In this document: positions 1 to 13,150 of the stretch, in pieces
Layout: every line of letters begins with the position of its first letter
Position numbering within the stretch: the stretch's first letter is position 1
NCBI RefSeq assembly: GCF_038025025.1
Contig: NW_027117340.1
Coordinates: 1,054,001 to 1,118,000 of the forward strand
Direction: 5' to 3'
Origin: Phyllosticta citribraziliensis
Taxonomy: Eukaryota
DNA length: 64,000 bases
Position numbers and translations under genes: made by a program
Notes under the pieces: model-generated
Database searches by the model: none
What the model was told of the DNA's origin: nothing
What the model saw: the letters and a program-made list of their open reading frames with translations, nothing else

Positions 1-907
1 TGCGACTCCAGCTTGTGGGCAGGCTTTTCTTTAGGGAGTTCGGATAGGAAGGACGACATGTGCTTGGTGAAGATTTTCTGCGCAGATTTATCTTTGATGG
101 CCGCAGTCGACACGTTGCCAACGAAGACTGTCCGCGCTGCCTTGTCGAGCTCTGCATTCTCTCCCGTGGGCTTCGTGGAGGACTTGGACTCGTGCGCGGG
201 GACCTCGGCGTCGGAGTCAGCGTCTGCCTCGGACGCGTCGCTTGCATCCTCCATCTCTGAATCTTCATCTCCCTCCTCTGAGGAGCCATCGTCCTCGTCG
301 GAGTCATCCGACTTCTCGGCGGCCTGCCCGTCCTCCTTTTTCAGACGCTTCTTGCTCCTCTCGCTTTCCCGCTTTGCTGTCTCCTTGGCTTCTTCCTTTG
401 CGAGCTTGCGCATGTACTGACCCTCGAGATCATCGTCTTCTGCCTTGCGTTTCCGCTTGCGCTCAGGCTTGTCTTGGCCGTTGGTCAGAGATTCGTGCAC
501 CGGAATTTCCACCTCCTCGGAATCTTCTTCGGACGGTTTCTGCTTCTTGTCTGAGACATCATCATCTGAATCCTCGTTTTCGTCGTCGTCGTCGTCGTCG
601 GGCAATTCCTCGTCGATACTCGACAAGTCCTCGTCGTCAACTTCCTCCGCGTCGTCGGACTCGTCCTTGGCTTCCTCCTCCTCCTTTCTCTTCAACTCTT
701 GATACACTTCTTTCGGCAGAGGCTTCGCAGGTCCAACCTGAATGACGTGTTAGGAGATTGGCATGCAAATGCAGGGATTCTACCCACGGGTTTTGCGAAC
801 AAAGATGCCAGGCCAGGATCAATGGATTTTGTGTCGGCCACCAGCTTCAGGGCTCGAGCATCCTTCTGGGAGACGGCTGCATTCTTCTTGGACTTGTCCT
901 TGGCCAT
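1..907 (-). CDS. NOP12: Nucleolar RRM protein Nop12 (5' part; runs off window start)
   Basis: ATG at 907 (MAKDKSKK...DPGLASLFAKP). Intron 738-787 (GTGGGT...CTAAC...CAG). Then an acidic/Lys-rich N-terminus with DDDLEGQYMRKLAKEE and RRM start ELDKAARTVFVGNVS. Confidence 0.8.
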
Positions 908-1377
908 TGTGCCAGTGTGCGTGGGTGTAGGAAATTTGGGTAGGGCAAGCGCAGAGCAGAGCATGCAGAGAAACGCGCGCATCCAGAAAAAGCGTCGGCG
1001 TCAGGGCTCCCAAACGCCGACCGGGACCCGGCGAGCTCACGCGGAGGGGCCACTGGCCGGGGTTTTCCCGCCTCTGGCCATGGCAATCATCAGGGCCATT
1101 TGAGGTCACTCCTACACCCGCACCACCAGCCAGCGCGCCCGAAGCTGATGCCTCTTTCTCCCTCGTCACCTCTATTCTTCCGCTTCGAGCATCTCGCGCG
1201 AAGTCCGTTTCGACACGCCCAAGACCCTTCCCTGGCGAGCCTTGCTCCTGGTCCTCTCTACGCGCACTCGCTCCACACGCAATCCCGCCAATTTTGACGA
1301 CGCGAAGCTCCCAACGCCCTATACGCATTTCAGAACACTTGCTGGATCTCGTGGGACCATCGTACCGGCAGCGCACC

Positions 1378-4048
1378 ATGAGCGCGCCCTTTCGGAGCAG
1401 CAGAAGCCGGTCCAAAGAGGCCGGCGCACACGCACCCGGTGGTGAGTCGAGACCTGAGCCTCAGACCTCGATACGCTTGCTTCTGCTCTCGATTCAAGCC
1501 TTCTCCATGGCTTTCATGTCACGGTGGATGGCTGAACGTGGACGTGTTGGCCGAGTAGCTCCAAGCGCCGCCTTTTTTGCACCCACCGCATCCCACGTCA
1601 CAAGGAAACCACAAGAACAGCCGCTAATACATGATCGCTCGTAGAATCCGACATCACACACCCCACGGCATCGCCTTCCAAAGCCCCTACTCCAGAACCT
1701 CTCGAGTCCTCTCCCGAGCCCGACACCGTGTTACCGCCCCAGTCTCGCGACGAACCCCACCCCGACAACTCCACGGTCGCAAATGATAGCTCCGCCGTCC
1801 CGACTCAGACGTTCGTCCCTACATTCGGTGAGAGGCTGGACGATACGCCAGACTTGGGCAGAGATACTAGGAACGACCATTATGACAATTTTCTGGGAGA
1901 CGAGGGCTCCAGCAGCCTCAGTGAACCAGAAGAGAGTGTTGAAGGTCGTGAAGACGAAATTCACAGAGCCAACGAAGCTTCGCCGGACGCTGAGGAGAAC
2001 GACTCCGAAGCGGAGACTGAACGCATCGACAACACTCCGCGAAAACTCGCGCGCACGGTTACCGACGTCACAAACGGTTCAGATGGCCCGGCCGAGCGGA
2101 CCCCAAGCAAATTAGCGAGGGGTTTGAGTGTTGACATGCATCATTCAAAGCCAAAACCGTCTGCGGAGCAGGCTGCGATCCATTCCGAAGTCGGCGACGA
2201 CAGCGATGACGACGTTGTTCTCCCAGACGCGAGCCGCGACATTGAAGCTGACGCCGACAATGGCTCAGTAGGTGATGGGGTCGAACGAAAGCGCAAGCGC
2301 TCGAGTAGTGCCCTATCGTCGATCGGAGATGGTCTCGACACCGATCAGCCGGCTCCCAAGCGTCATAGCTCTGCAAGACCGTACGAAACGAATGGCGATC
2401 AGATGGAGGTCGACGAGCCTGAGGTGCAACAGACTGTGGAAGACGATACTGTTCACAAAGAAGCCGAGGCGCAGGCTGAAGACGAGGACAGTGGAGAGGG
2501 CGCCGCTGCACGAGTGGCTGAGCCTGCTGAAGAGGCGCCCGCGGCCTCGAAAAAGGCCAAGGGTAAGAGGGGCCAGCGAAAAGGCAGGAAGGGCAGGCCG
2601 ACCGAGAAGGAAGATCAAACAGCTACACCTGCAGAGGTGGAAGATGAAGACGGCGCAGAAGGCGAAATCGACGCGGAGGAAGCTGGCATGATTGAGGAAG
2701 AACGTAAGCAGACCAAGTCGCGCGAGACGCGTCGCACCGCTCACATATGCGAATTAGGTGACCGAAAACACAACGCGCTCGAAGCTCTCAACAGGATTGA
2801 GCGACAGTTCCTGACCTTTCAGAAAAAGTAAGTCGTCTGTTTCATGAAGGATACCTCGTTGCTAACTGACTTGGCAGGCGACTTGAAGAACGACTTGAAT
2901 TGCTTTCGATCGAACTCAACCAATTACAATCGCCCAACTCGACACACGAAGAATACTTGCTCATGCTGGCAGCAGTAGACCAGCGTCGCGACGAAAAGAT
3001 ACGACAAGAAAACGTTCGGCTGAACTTGAAAAGAGACATCCTCAAGAAGCATTTTGTGGCCATGCGCGGAACGATACACGGACAATTTGTGCATGATGTG
3101 GGAGACATACGGATGACTTATCTCACCCAATGCAACCAACGCATCACGCAGCTTCAGAGAGAAAGACGATACTGGGGAACAAACGAGACGGACTACACAA
3201 TCAAGTTCAACAACAAGAGGTCACAGCAAGCGCTCCAGCAGCAGGCGTACAACCTGGAAGTTTCAGTATTATCGGGTGTCGCCAAGTACGTTGGTTTTCC
3301 AGCTGCGCCGGATCTCAACTCGGCTCGCGCTCCAGAAATCGATCAGGACCTGGCTACAATGGGAGTGAGTAGTATCAGTGCCAAAAGGCCTTCCAAGAGT
3401 CCATGCTGATGACTGCAGATACCATTTCGCTCTGCCCAGCCCAGCCGCCTGGAAGCCGCTCAAGAACCTCCGTTGCGAGGAGAACGACCTGCCGAAGAGC
3501 AACCAGAACAAAATGCTTGGGTGAACCCTCAATTGCCACCTCATCAAGCACATTACCCGCCATCATCGGCACCCCAACCTCGAGTGACCAGCAATCCCTT
3601 TTCGACACCCGCAGCGCAAAGAAACACGGTGGACATCAATGCGCCGAATGGCTCCGCGTCAACAATTGACATGCAAGGGTCCAACCCTCCCTCTTCCGCG
3701 GCACAGGGCCAAGGCTCCGGACCGCAACCAGACACCTACGAGTCCCCTGTTTTGCAGATGAAGCAAGCAATGGCACGCTCCGAGAACCGCCACCATCCAT
3801 CCGAATCAACGCCAATTCGCATCGGACCCCAACAGGCCCGCGAACTTGCCAGAAATGAACCGAATCCACATCCGCCGACGAACATTTACGAAAACCCTGC
3901 ATTGATACCGCGGCTCTCACCTCCTACGACTTCCAATGCCGCTGCTACATCCAACTCAATCAAGGCTGAGGACCCAGGCGAGCAGCTTCAGCGAGCCGCC
4001 ATGCCGCCCAGAACAGGTCTCGCTGTTGGCGGCGGCATGTTCCGCTGA
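1378..4048 (+). CDS. DEP1: Sds3-like / Dep1 subunit of the Rpd3L HDAC complex
   Basis: Exons 1378-1441, 1645-2703, 2758-2827, 2878-3364 and 3419-4048 keep frame. Motifs NDSEAETERI, a coiled coil, and QAYNLEVSVLSGVAKYVGFPAAPDL are typical of fungal Dep1. Confidence 0.8.
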
Positions 4049-4602
4049 GTCTTGCCTTTTTGCGGCTTTGGTTTTCTTTCGCACCGGAGACTTTGAAGCA
4101 TGAGATTTGGCGTTTGCGGCAGGATTCATCCGGACAGGCCGGACTATGACTCTGTATGGAATCACGGCGTTTTTGTTTTGCTGGCGAGCTTGGGAACCGG
4201 GGGAACGCGACATACCCAGCTGACCTCAACTGCATTGAACATGGAGCCCTATTGGCATTCTGTGCTTTTTCTCCACGCTTGTTATTGACCATCTTTCCCT
4301 TTTTGCGTTTCTTTGTCTCATTGTCGACTTTCCTGGGTTTGAGGTGTTTTGAGCGCGCTGATGAGTGGATGAACTCTGGGGGCGCATTCTATCCGTTGTG
4401 ACATCAGCTCGACTCCCGACTTCTAATATCGAATGATAGGATCACTCTTCTATCACAAGGGTGAGCGCAACAGGCTTGGCATGGTCTTTGAGTCGGGAGA
4501 ATCACCAAATATTTTGAAGACTGTCTCCCCTTTGTAGTGGAATGGACTCGAGTGCTTTTTGGGTGCCGCAGATCACAGGATCGCCGCCCTCCGCGTCGAC
4601 AC

Positions 4603-7596
4603 CTAAAAGTCAACCAAATCCCCCATCATCAGACGCTGCCACCTCTCAACAACATCGCCAATCCTGACCAGTACGGCCGCAGCCAAACTCCTAACCCTCT
4701 CCTCCTCCTCACTTCCGCCCGCCGTGTTTTCAAAGACAGTCCGCACCCACTCCTGCGTCTCAAGCAGCTCCCTCGCCTGGTCCCTGACCAGCTGCTCGCC
4801 GTCTTCATTCACCTCCATGGCGGCCAGCAGGGCAAACAAGACGGCCTCCAGCACGGCGGCGTCGGCCACGGCCACGGCGCGCAGCGAGAGCAGCAGGTCC
4901 AGCAGCTCGGCCGTCATCTGCGGCAGCGACAGCGTCGCTGGGCCCGCGGCGTGCAGCACAATGGCCAGCGTCTTGAGCAGCAGCGGCAAGACGTGCGGCG
5001 AGTGCAGGATGCCATTGCCGGCACCGCCGCCGCCCCTGTTCATTCCTGATGCGCGCGCGTAGGCCCACCACCCGCCCGTCAGCGGGAAGAAGATGCCGTG
5101 CGCGACGACCTTGGCCAGCGCGTTGTTGATGACGCGCCGCCGCTTGGCCACGTCCATGCGCGACGAGAAGGTGCGGACTTTCAGCGCCGACGGGCCCGTC
5201 AGCTTGTCGGCCGCGTCGAGCGCCAGCGGCGAGATGAGGCGCTGCTTCAGCTGGTTGCTCATGGCGTCGATGGGCGTCTTGCTGTCGTCGGCGGAGTAGA
5301 TTTTGTGGAGCGCCGGGGGAAGCGTTTTGGTTGGGAAAGAGGACGAGGCTTTATCCTTGCTGTTGTTTTCGTCGTCGTCGCCAAAGTCTGCCAGCTCGCG
5401 AGCGCCGAGTCCCAGTGCTGTCAGGATGGCGGCGCGTTGGCTGATGGAGAAGTCGCCCGTGTAGAATGAGTGCACGAAGAGAGGTCCCATCTCCTCCGGT
5501 TCGGCGAGAAGCACCGCAATCAGCCCCTGCTGCCGCATCTCCTCAAACTCGTCCATGTTAAATTGATCCTTGAGGTTGGTGAGGACAAAGGCGAGCTCGT
5601 CCAGGCTGTCTTTGACTTCCTTGCCAAAGTTGGTTTTGCGCCGGATCAGACTTGCCGCCGTGCTGAGGGCCAGGTGGTGTTTGTCGTAGTCTTCTGCTTC
5701 GCGGAGGCCTGCCAGAAGGTCACGGATGTACACTGGTGCGGTTGGTTTGTTGCGCGTGACTAGTGTGGGGTCTTCGTGGTCGTCTTCTGGGTCAGAATCT
5801 GGCTTGGCGTAGGGTATCAGGTCGTCGTCCTGATCAGAATCGAGTATTTCCACTATTCTGGGCCCTGTAGCCGTTGTCACTGCTTCTTTTTCCTTTAATG
5901 GGCCGCACTGATGTTCGAACTTGGGTGCTTTTTTCGACATAGACGATGATTTGTCGTCGGTCTTCCTTTCGGCCGAGACATCGTCCAGGTTTCCAATGGA
6001 ATCATTTATGCGGACCAGCTGGAGATACCATTGGGCCTCTGCAGATTCAGTTTGGGGGATATCAAACTTCAACCTTTTGTCAGGCTTATCGATGAGCTCA
6101 GATATGGCCATTGCTGTGACCATTCCGAGAAACCTTGCACGGAGCGATGAGGCCGAAAGTCTGTTGGAAGTTCCGCTCATGTGTACGCTAGATCTTGCAA
6201 CGGTAAAAAGAAACATTGGATCTGAGCGATGTACGTAGCCGCTTGATATGAGCAGCACTTGAGCGAGGGCTTCTTGATGGACGATTGGGGTGTGCTTTAT
6301 GAAAAGCTCGTCTCCAAATTGCTCCATGGTCCGTTCCATGACTTTTGTCATCCGGTCTACGCACACGTCAGCAGCGGTTGTTCCAGGACCTGTGATTTCG
6401 TACCTTCATCAGTCTGCAATGCAGCTATGGCTGCGCGTCGGACTAGAAAGGAGCCAACACAGTTCTCACTGGACAACCAGTTCACCAACGCGTCTTTCAT
6501 GGAGTTGCTGCTTGAAATCAGTACCGCTATCAACGCGGATGCTCCGCTAAGCGCCCTCTGTTCCTTTTCTGTTTCCATCTTGGAGACTCTTTGGGCGCCC
6601 AGATGCTTCTTTGAGATCCAATCAATCGTCGAGAAAAGAAATTGTCTTTGTTCATGGGCTCGGGTCTTTTGCAACAGCCGTTGCAACTGTGTTGATTTAC
6701 TCGATGGATCGGCGACCAAGTCCGAGATGATCTCTCCCACTATGTGCTCTGTTTCTCGTCAGCGGAGAATCAGACAGTAGTCGGTGCGTCTTACCATTAT
6801 AGCCCAATGTCAAAGACTTGCCGAGCAGTAGAGCTGCTGCAGGACCAACGTCGCCCTGTCCGCTTCCGAGCAGAGTAACGACATTGCAACCAATCCATGT
6901 TGCGAATCTAGGGCCGCTGGACAGCCATGAGCTTTCCACTTGCTCGGATGTCTCTTTCAACAAGTCTTCTGCTTGCGCAGAGACCGAGACGATGCGACCA
7001 GAAGCTGTGAGGGAAACAAACTCACGCCAAAGAATTTGGCGCTGGTTTGATGCGGAAACGAATTTATTGACGTCGGTGCAGATTGCTGAAGCAAAGTCAG
7101 ACCCGGTGATGAGTCTACTCAAAACATCCAGAATGATCCTGATCTGGCTCCTTGTGCTCCTGGACTTTTTGATCTGCTGCTGTGATTGGGCCTGCTCCTC
7201 TACGCAAAGACTCTTCATCCGCGCTACCAATGCTCCCAACCCACCAACACTTTTGAGGGATTGCAAGACAAGACTGCGATCACTATGGTCCGACTGATTC
7301 CACGTTTCCCAGTAGTCGGGAATTGTTGAGTTGACCAGCGTACCGATGACTTGCGCTGAAAGCGGTTCGGGGACTCTCACGTTGAAGTCTGCAGAATTTC
7401 GCGTAGATTTCTGGAGAAACCCCAAGACATCGTGAAGAGATTGTGGATCAGGTTGTTCTCGTAGGACCTTCAGAGCTTGATCTGGAGTGCTTGTAGCTGC
7501 GGAAACTGCCGCAAGACGTTGAGGCTTCGGTGCGTGATGTTCAGAATTGACGTCCTGAATTCTAGTCGTCTTGACAGCGGTTAGTAAGTCATCCAT
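4603..7596 (-). CDS. TEL2: Telomere length regulation protein Tel2 (TTT complex)
   Basis: Three ORF blocks joined by introns 6749-6794 and 6357-6403. Motifs RARFLGMVTAMAISELID, YAKPDSDPEDD (CK2-type site) and PVYIRDLLAGL. Confidence 0.9.
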
Positions 7597-7852
7597 GATC
7601 GATGTTTATGGTCATGATTCAGTTTCGAGGGCGGTTATTGAAAAGGTTCGGTGTGGATGGAGTGAAGGCGAAGGCTCCAGTAAAGTCCAGGTCCGGGTCC
7701 CAGGTCTCGCGTCGCTCGCGCGTGTTGGCCAGTGCGCTTATCGATAGTGGAGGACCGGGAGCTTTGACGCAATTGGGTTCCTCAGTTTCCTTCCAGAACG
7801 ACAACCCGACAACTCCACCTCTCCGAAACTGGATTGCCCAGAAGAATCAGCC
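7597..7852. promoter_or_regulatory. Compact divergent (probably bidirectional) promoter between TEL2 and UBA3
   Basis: Start codons face away from each other only 256 bp apart. Confidence 0.55.
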
Positions 7853-9394
7853 ATGGCAGCAACTGACGGCGAGCCTCCTCAAAAATGGTGTGTCTGCAAG
7901 CCGCTTCCACATATCTCCGCTCACACAAAACAGGAAGTACCTTCGGAACATCCTCAGCCGACGAGGACCATTCACAGACCCTGATTGGGAGCCGGGCATG
8001 ACGTCTCTTGAGACGCTGGCAAATATGAAGATTCTGTACGCTGCCTTTTTCAAAATGATGGGCTCAAATACTAACGGTCTTGATTTAGAGTCATGTAAGC
8101 TGTTAGACGCCGCACGCAGGCGCCTAGCTGACAGCGAGCAGCGGTGCAGGAGGTCTGGGATGCGAGATTCTCAAGAACCTTGCCCTTTCTGGCTTCAAGG
8201 ACATTCACGTCATTGACATGGGTACGAAAAGAGCACAAGTCCTCTTTATCGAAGCATCACGTGACTAACTTCCATAGACACCATCGATGTCTCAAACTTG
8301 AACCGGCAGTTTCTTTTCCGTCAAGCCGATGTTGGAAAACCAAAAGCGGAGGTGGCGGCTCGATTCGTCGAGAGACGCGTCAAAGGAGTCCAAATCACCC
8401 CTTACTGCGGCAAGATTCAGGACAAGGATGAAGAATACTACATGCAATTCGGCATGGTGATTTGTGGTCTCGACAGTATCGAAGCACGGCGATGGATCAA
8501 CGCTATGCTCGTTGGCATGGTAGACGGAGACGACCCAGACTCGCTGAAGCCTTTGATAGACGGAGGCACCGAAGGTAAGGGTCTATTCCAGGTCGGAGTG
8601 AAACAAACTCTGACAGTCTCACAGGCTTCAAGGGCCAAGCTCGTGTTGTCCTGCCTACCATGACTTCGTGCATCGAGTGTCAGCTAGACATGCATGCACC
8701 GCGGGCAGCTGTACCTCTGTGCACACTGGCGACCATTCCCAGACAACCGCAGCACTGCATCGAATGGGCACACATCATTGCTTGGGAGGAGGAGCGCAAG
8801 GAAGACACGCTCGACACTGATGACCCCGAACACATCACCTGGCTCTACAACAAGGCTCTGAACCGCGCCAAGGAATTCAACATCCCAGGGGTCACGTACT
8901 CTATGACGCAGGGTGTCGTGAAAAACATCATTCCCGCCATTGCCTCGACAAATGCAATAGTCGCAGCTAGCTGTTGCAACGAGGCATTCAAGGTAGCTAC
9001 CAGCACGGCCCCTCCGCTCGGCATGCCCGAGGAGAGCAACTACATGATGTACACGGGCGACGACAGCGTGTACACGTACACCTTCGAACATCAAAAGAAA
9101 GACGACTGTCCGGTTTGTGGTAATCTGGCCAGGAAGCTTGACGTGAATGCGAAGAGCACGCTCGAAGATTTCCTAGAAAGCCTAGCTGAGAGACCTGAAG
9201 CGCAGCTGAAGAAGCCTTCGATCCGGTCAGAGGCAAAGACGCTGTACTACCAGTTTCCGCAGAGCATTGAGGAGCAGACCAGGCCAAACTTGAAGAAGAG
9301 AATGGAAGAGCTGGTAGAGGATGGCGAGGAAGTTGTCGTCACAGATCCTGCCTTCCAACTGCCATTCAAGTTCAAGCTGGCGTTCAGACAATGA
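7853..9394 (+). CDS. UBA3: NEDD8-activating enzyme E1 catalytic subunit
   Basis: Exons 7853-7887, 7934-8035, 8089-8094, 8142-8221, 8278-8574 and 8625-9394. They give [33 protein letters not shown], catalytic [27 protein letters not shown] and CPVC. Confidence 0.95.
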
Positions 9395-9962
9395 GAGGGG
9401 GAGGGAAGCTCCTCGTGGGGCTCAAGGAATGCGGGCAGAGGTAGAGAGGAGGGCAACGGGGGCTGCATTGTTTACAGCACACGGGCAGGGAGCTTGAAGA
9501 TGGAAGATGGACGGAAAGATTCGGAGGCGGTCGTAGAGTTGAACACGAACAAGTCTATCCTAGAAGGAACTGATTTATAGATTTCATTTGCTTCACCACC
9601 AAAGCTACGAGCGCCTGATCCGAGCTTGTTGAGGCGGACGATTGATCTGCCAGAATGGAACGGATTGAGGACACAATGCGGAGGTGGGTACGTTGAGGTT
9701 TCACGAAGCTGTGGTTTCAACAAGAAAGGGGTGCCGTGAAGCAGAAAAGGGCCTTTTGGATGTTTGGTCGGTGTTGGCAGGGCCGCGCAATCTGAGTCGC
9801 GGTGACGCTGACCCCGGTCGCGGGCGGGGACCAGGGGGTTTACCCTGGCTCTCCCGACGAAACCTCCAAATATATCCACCAGCACGGAGCCTCCTCGTTC
9901 TCTTCCCTTGTTGTTGTGAAGACATGCTCGCCAGACCCCTATCTCTCCCGCCCCGTTGAATC

Positions 9963-12107
9963 ATGACCGCCTACGATGACTGGGGCTATCCGACGTCTTC
10001 GCGCAACCACTTCCACGAGCCTCTCTCACTGACTGCTCGGGCGACAACATTGGCCAAGTCGGGCCTCGAGCAGGTGGGAATCTACAATTCGCGTGCCCCC
10101 GCCTCCAGAAGATGGAACCTCAGGCGTGTATTCTCTCTTCCCAACTTCGTGATACTTCTCTGGATCTTCTACCTGCGGTGGGGTGAGCGGACCGTGTTCC
10201 GCAGCGCCATCCAAGCCTGCGACTGGAGCAACTGGGAAAGCTGGGTATGTCGCTACAACAACCGGCCTGCGGGCCATCGCCACTGGTCAGGCAAATCGAG
10301 ATCAAGCTGACTTGCTCGCCAGCCTCAAGATGCTAATCCTCATCACCTCGTCTTCGTCGCCGACCCACAGCTCGTGGACCCGCATACCTACCCAGGCCGT
10401 CCGTGGCCACTGTCCACCCTTACTGTTGCATTTACGGACCAATACCTACGCCGCTCCTTCTCTCTCATCCAAACCGACCTATACCCCGATACCATTATTT
10501 TCCTCGGTGACCTATTCGACGGCGGAAGAGAATGGACTGCAGATGGCAGTATAAGCGAGGATACGTCGTGGAAGAAGTATGGAGACAAATACTGGCTGCG
10601 CGAATACGATCGATTCGGGAGCCTTTTCTTCGGACACTGGCCGGACGCGGGGATGGCGGCTCGCAAGGGACAAGAAGGTCGCAAGATTATTGCCAGTCTT
10701 CCCGGAAACCACGACCTCGGCTTTGCGACGGGGATCCGGCCGAATGTGCGCAAGAGGTTCAACACGTACTTTGGAGATGGAAACCGAGTCGATGTCATTG
10801 GGAACCACACATTTGTATCGGTAGACACCGTGTCTCTGAGCGCGCTTGGCCATGCCACCGGCTCCGAAACGCTCTGGAAACCCACCCAGGATTTTTTGGA
10901 TCAAGCACAAGAGCAAAAGAAACGCGCTGTTTCGAGAGAGTTGCTGCGACAACAAGGCCTGCCTCCGCATCCGCTCTATGATCACGTCGTGCTGGAGGGT
11001 GATGATATGGCCGATTCCCACCTTCCATACCCTAACGTCAATGATGCCGAATTTCCTACCATTCTCCTTTCTCACGTTCCGTTGTACAGAGCTGAGGGCA
11101 CGCCATGCGGACCCCTGCGAGAACACTGGCCCCCAACAGAGCCACCAAAAGGCCAAAAGGAACCAGTCAATCCTGACGAACGCAACGCAATCCCCGTGCG
11201 CGGAGGCTACCAGTATCAAAACGTTCTGACGCGCCAAATCTCCAAGGACATTACCGAAAAGGTTGGCCACATCGAGTACGCCTTCTCCGGAGATGACCAT
11301 GACTACTGTGAAGTCGTACACATGGGATATCCCTCTGGTGGTAGCGGCATTAGAGAGATTACCGTCAAATCATTGTCCTGGGCAATGGGAGTGAGAAAAC
11401 CAGGATTTCTAATGGTCAGCATGTGGAACCCGGTTGACCACCAAGGCAATCCCCTTACGGCCCAGGAAACCTCTGGACAGCCGACTATCCAAACTCATCT
11501 CTGTCTTTTGCCAGACCAGCTGAGCACTTTCATCCGCTACGGTTTTCTTCTTGGCTTCTCGCTCAGCCTTCTCATCGTTCGTGCAACCATCCTCAGTCTC
11601 CGAGCCAAGAAGACGGCATCCTTTTCGAATGGCTCTATACTTCCGACCCACAACCACACCGAGTCTTCTGCAGAGGCAGAGAAAGCAGAGGGCAACTCGG
11701 ATCGCAAGCGGACCGACTCTCTTGGAAAAGGCTCTTCCAACTCATCAGACTCATCAGACAAGGGGGGTCTGTCTGCTCGGTCTTTGCCACCACGCTCCCC
11801 TCGCAATCCCAGTCCAACTCCCGTAGGTGGGTATGGCTTGCCCTCGCCCCAGCTGAATGGCCATGGGAAGCAGCCAAACGGTCACGAAAAGTATCCGCTG
11901 CCTCTTATCAATTATGCGGGTTACTACGGCGTGCCCCTTGAAGAGAAGAAAAAAGTAATATCCCCAGTCATTGAGACGAGACCGCGGAAAAAGGGCGTGT
12001 GGCGGCAGATCCTCTCGAGTTCTTTCATGGCGGAGTTGGGCAAGAGTCTCGCGCAGGTTGCACTAGTGGTGTTGGCGTACTATTTCTGGCTTCTTCACAA
12101 GTGGTGA
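9963..12107 (+). CDS. CDC1: Cdc1/PGAP5(MPPE1)-type metallophosphoesterase, membrane anchored (GPI remodelling)
   Basis: Intron 10245-10322. Calcineurin-like motifs ADPQLVD, FLGDLFDGG, PGNHD, LSHVPLY and FSGDDHDYC, with N- and C-terminal TM helices. Confidence 0.85.
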
Positions 12108-13150
12108 TGGGCGAACACCACTGTGCCATGCATTGTTTTACATAGAGCCATCGTCTTCGTCGTTTTCTTTCCTTTCGCTTTCATTGCAGTCATGATGCAT
12201 ACACGGATGTCGTAATTATTTGAAATCAAGCATGCAGCTTTTCACCGTTCCGTCCGCTTCCTCGATCGTGTATTTCAAATTCGCATGCCTTGACCCCGCG
12301 TGGCATTGAGATTGCATGCCATCCCCCGCCGGAGGTCCGTTTGCATTACGGCCCGCCCCCCTTCGGACCGCATGCCGGGTAGCACGTCATCTCTCTGTGA
12401 CGCCAAGCTGTTTGCCCAACAACTTCAAACGTCTAAGAGTGGAAATTGCCCGAAGATGTGCCCCCTTGCTGTTTGTTTCCAATGTGGTGCCGTGACTTGC
12501 GTCTCTCAGCAATCTGCACTCACTGCTTGGAACCAGTAGGATATTGTCGCTGCCGGTCTCTGGGTAGTGAAGCGATGTATACTCCTACTTTAGAGTACAT
12601 CTCAGGGATCATATATTTTTCAGACTTGAAATAACTTGCAAAGGACATGAAAAGCAGTTTAGAGATAGCGTTGGCCAATGAGAAGAGGTAGACGCGTTGC
12701 TCCTATCGATAAAGTTGCGTACTGGTGATGGTCGGAGAAACATCGGTCCGAAAGATCCTGGTGCACATCAATAGCTTGCCTATGAGCCTCTTGCATGGCA
12801 TCTTTGCCTTCATCCGAACTGATTGAGTCTTTCATTCTTGAGAGAACAAATCCCGCCGCTCTACATTCAACATCAAAACGTCTCGTCGATCGACATTGCG
12901 TGCTTGAGGCTCGTAGCCCATGAACGCGGTTCGCGCCCCCCCTGCTCGCATGACGAAAGCCCAACGGCACCGGGCCCCATCTCGAGGCGCCAGCTGGTAC
13001 CGACTCTCCACCGCCATCCGGAACGGCGTCTCGAGCTAGCTGTCCTTGCTGCTGATGCTGCTACTGCTGCATGCATGACCTGGCCTCTCCTCACCTCTGC
13101 TCGAATATCCGCTTCCATCGACCAAGCTATCGCTCTGGTGTGAGTCGGGC

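Noticed and set aside
7853..9394. Functional link between UBA3 (activates LRGG-ending NEDD8) and the LRGG polyprotein locus
   Set aside because: They are ~29 kb apart with many unrelated housekeeping genes between them; no evidence of clustering.
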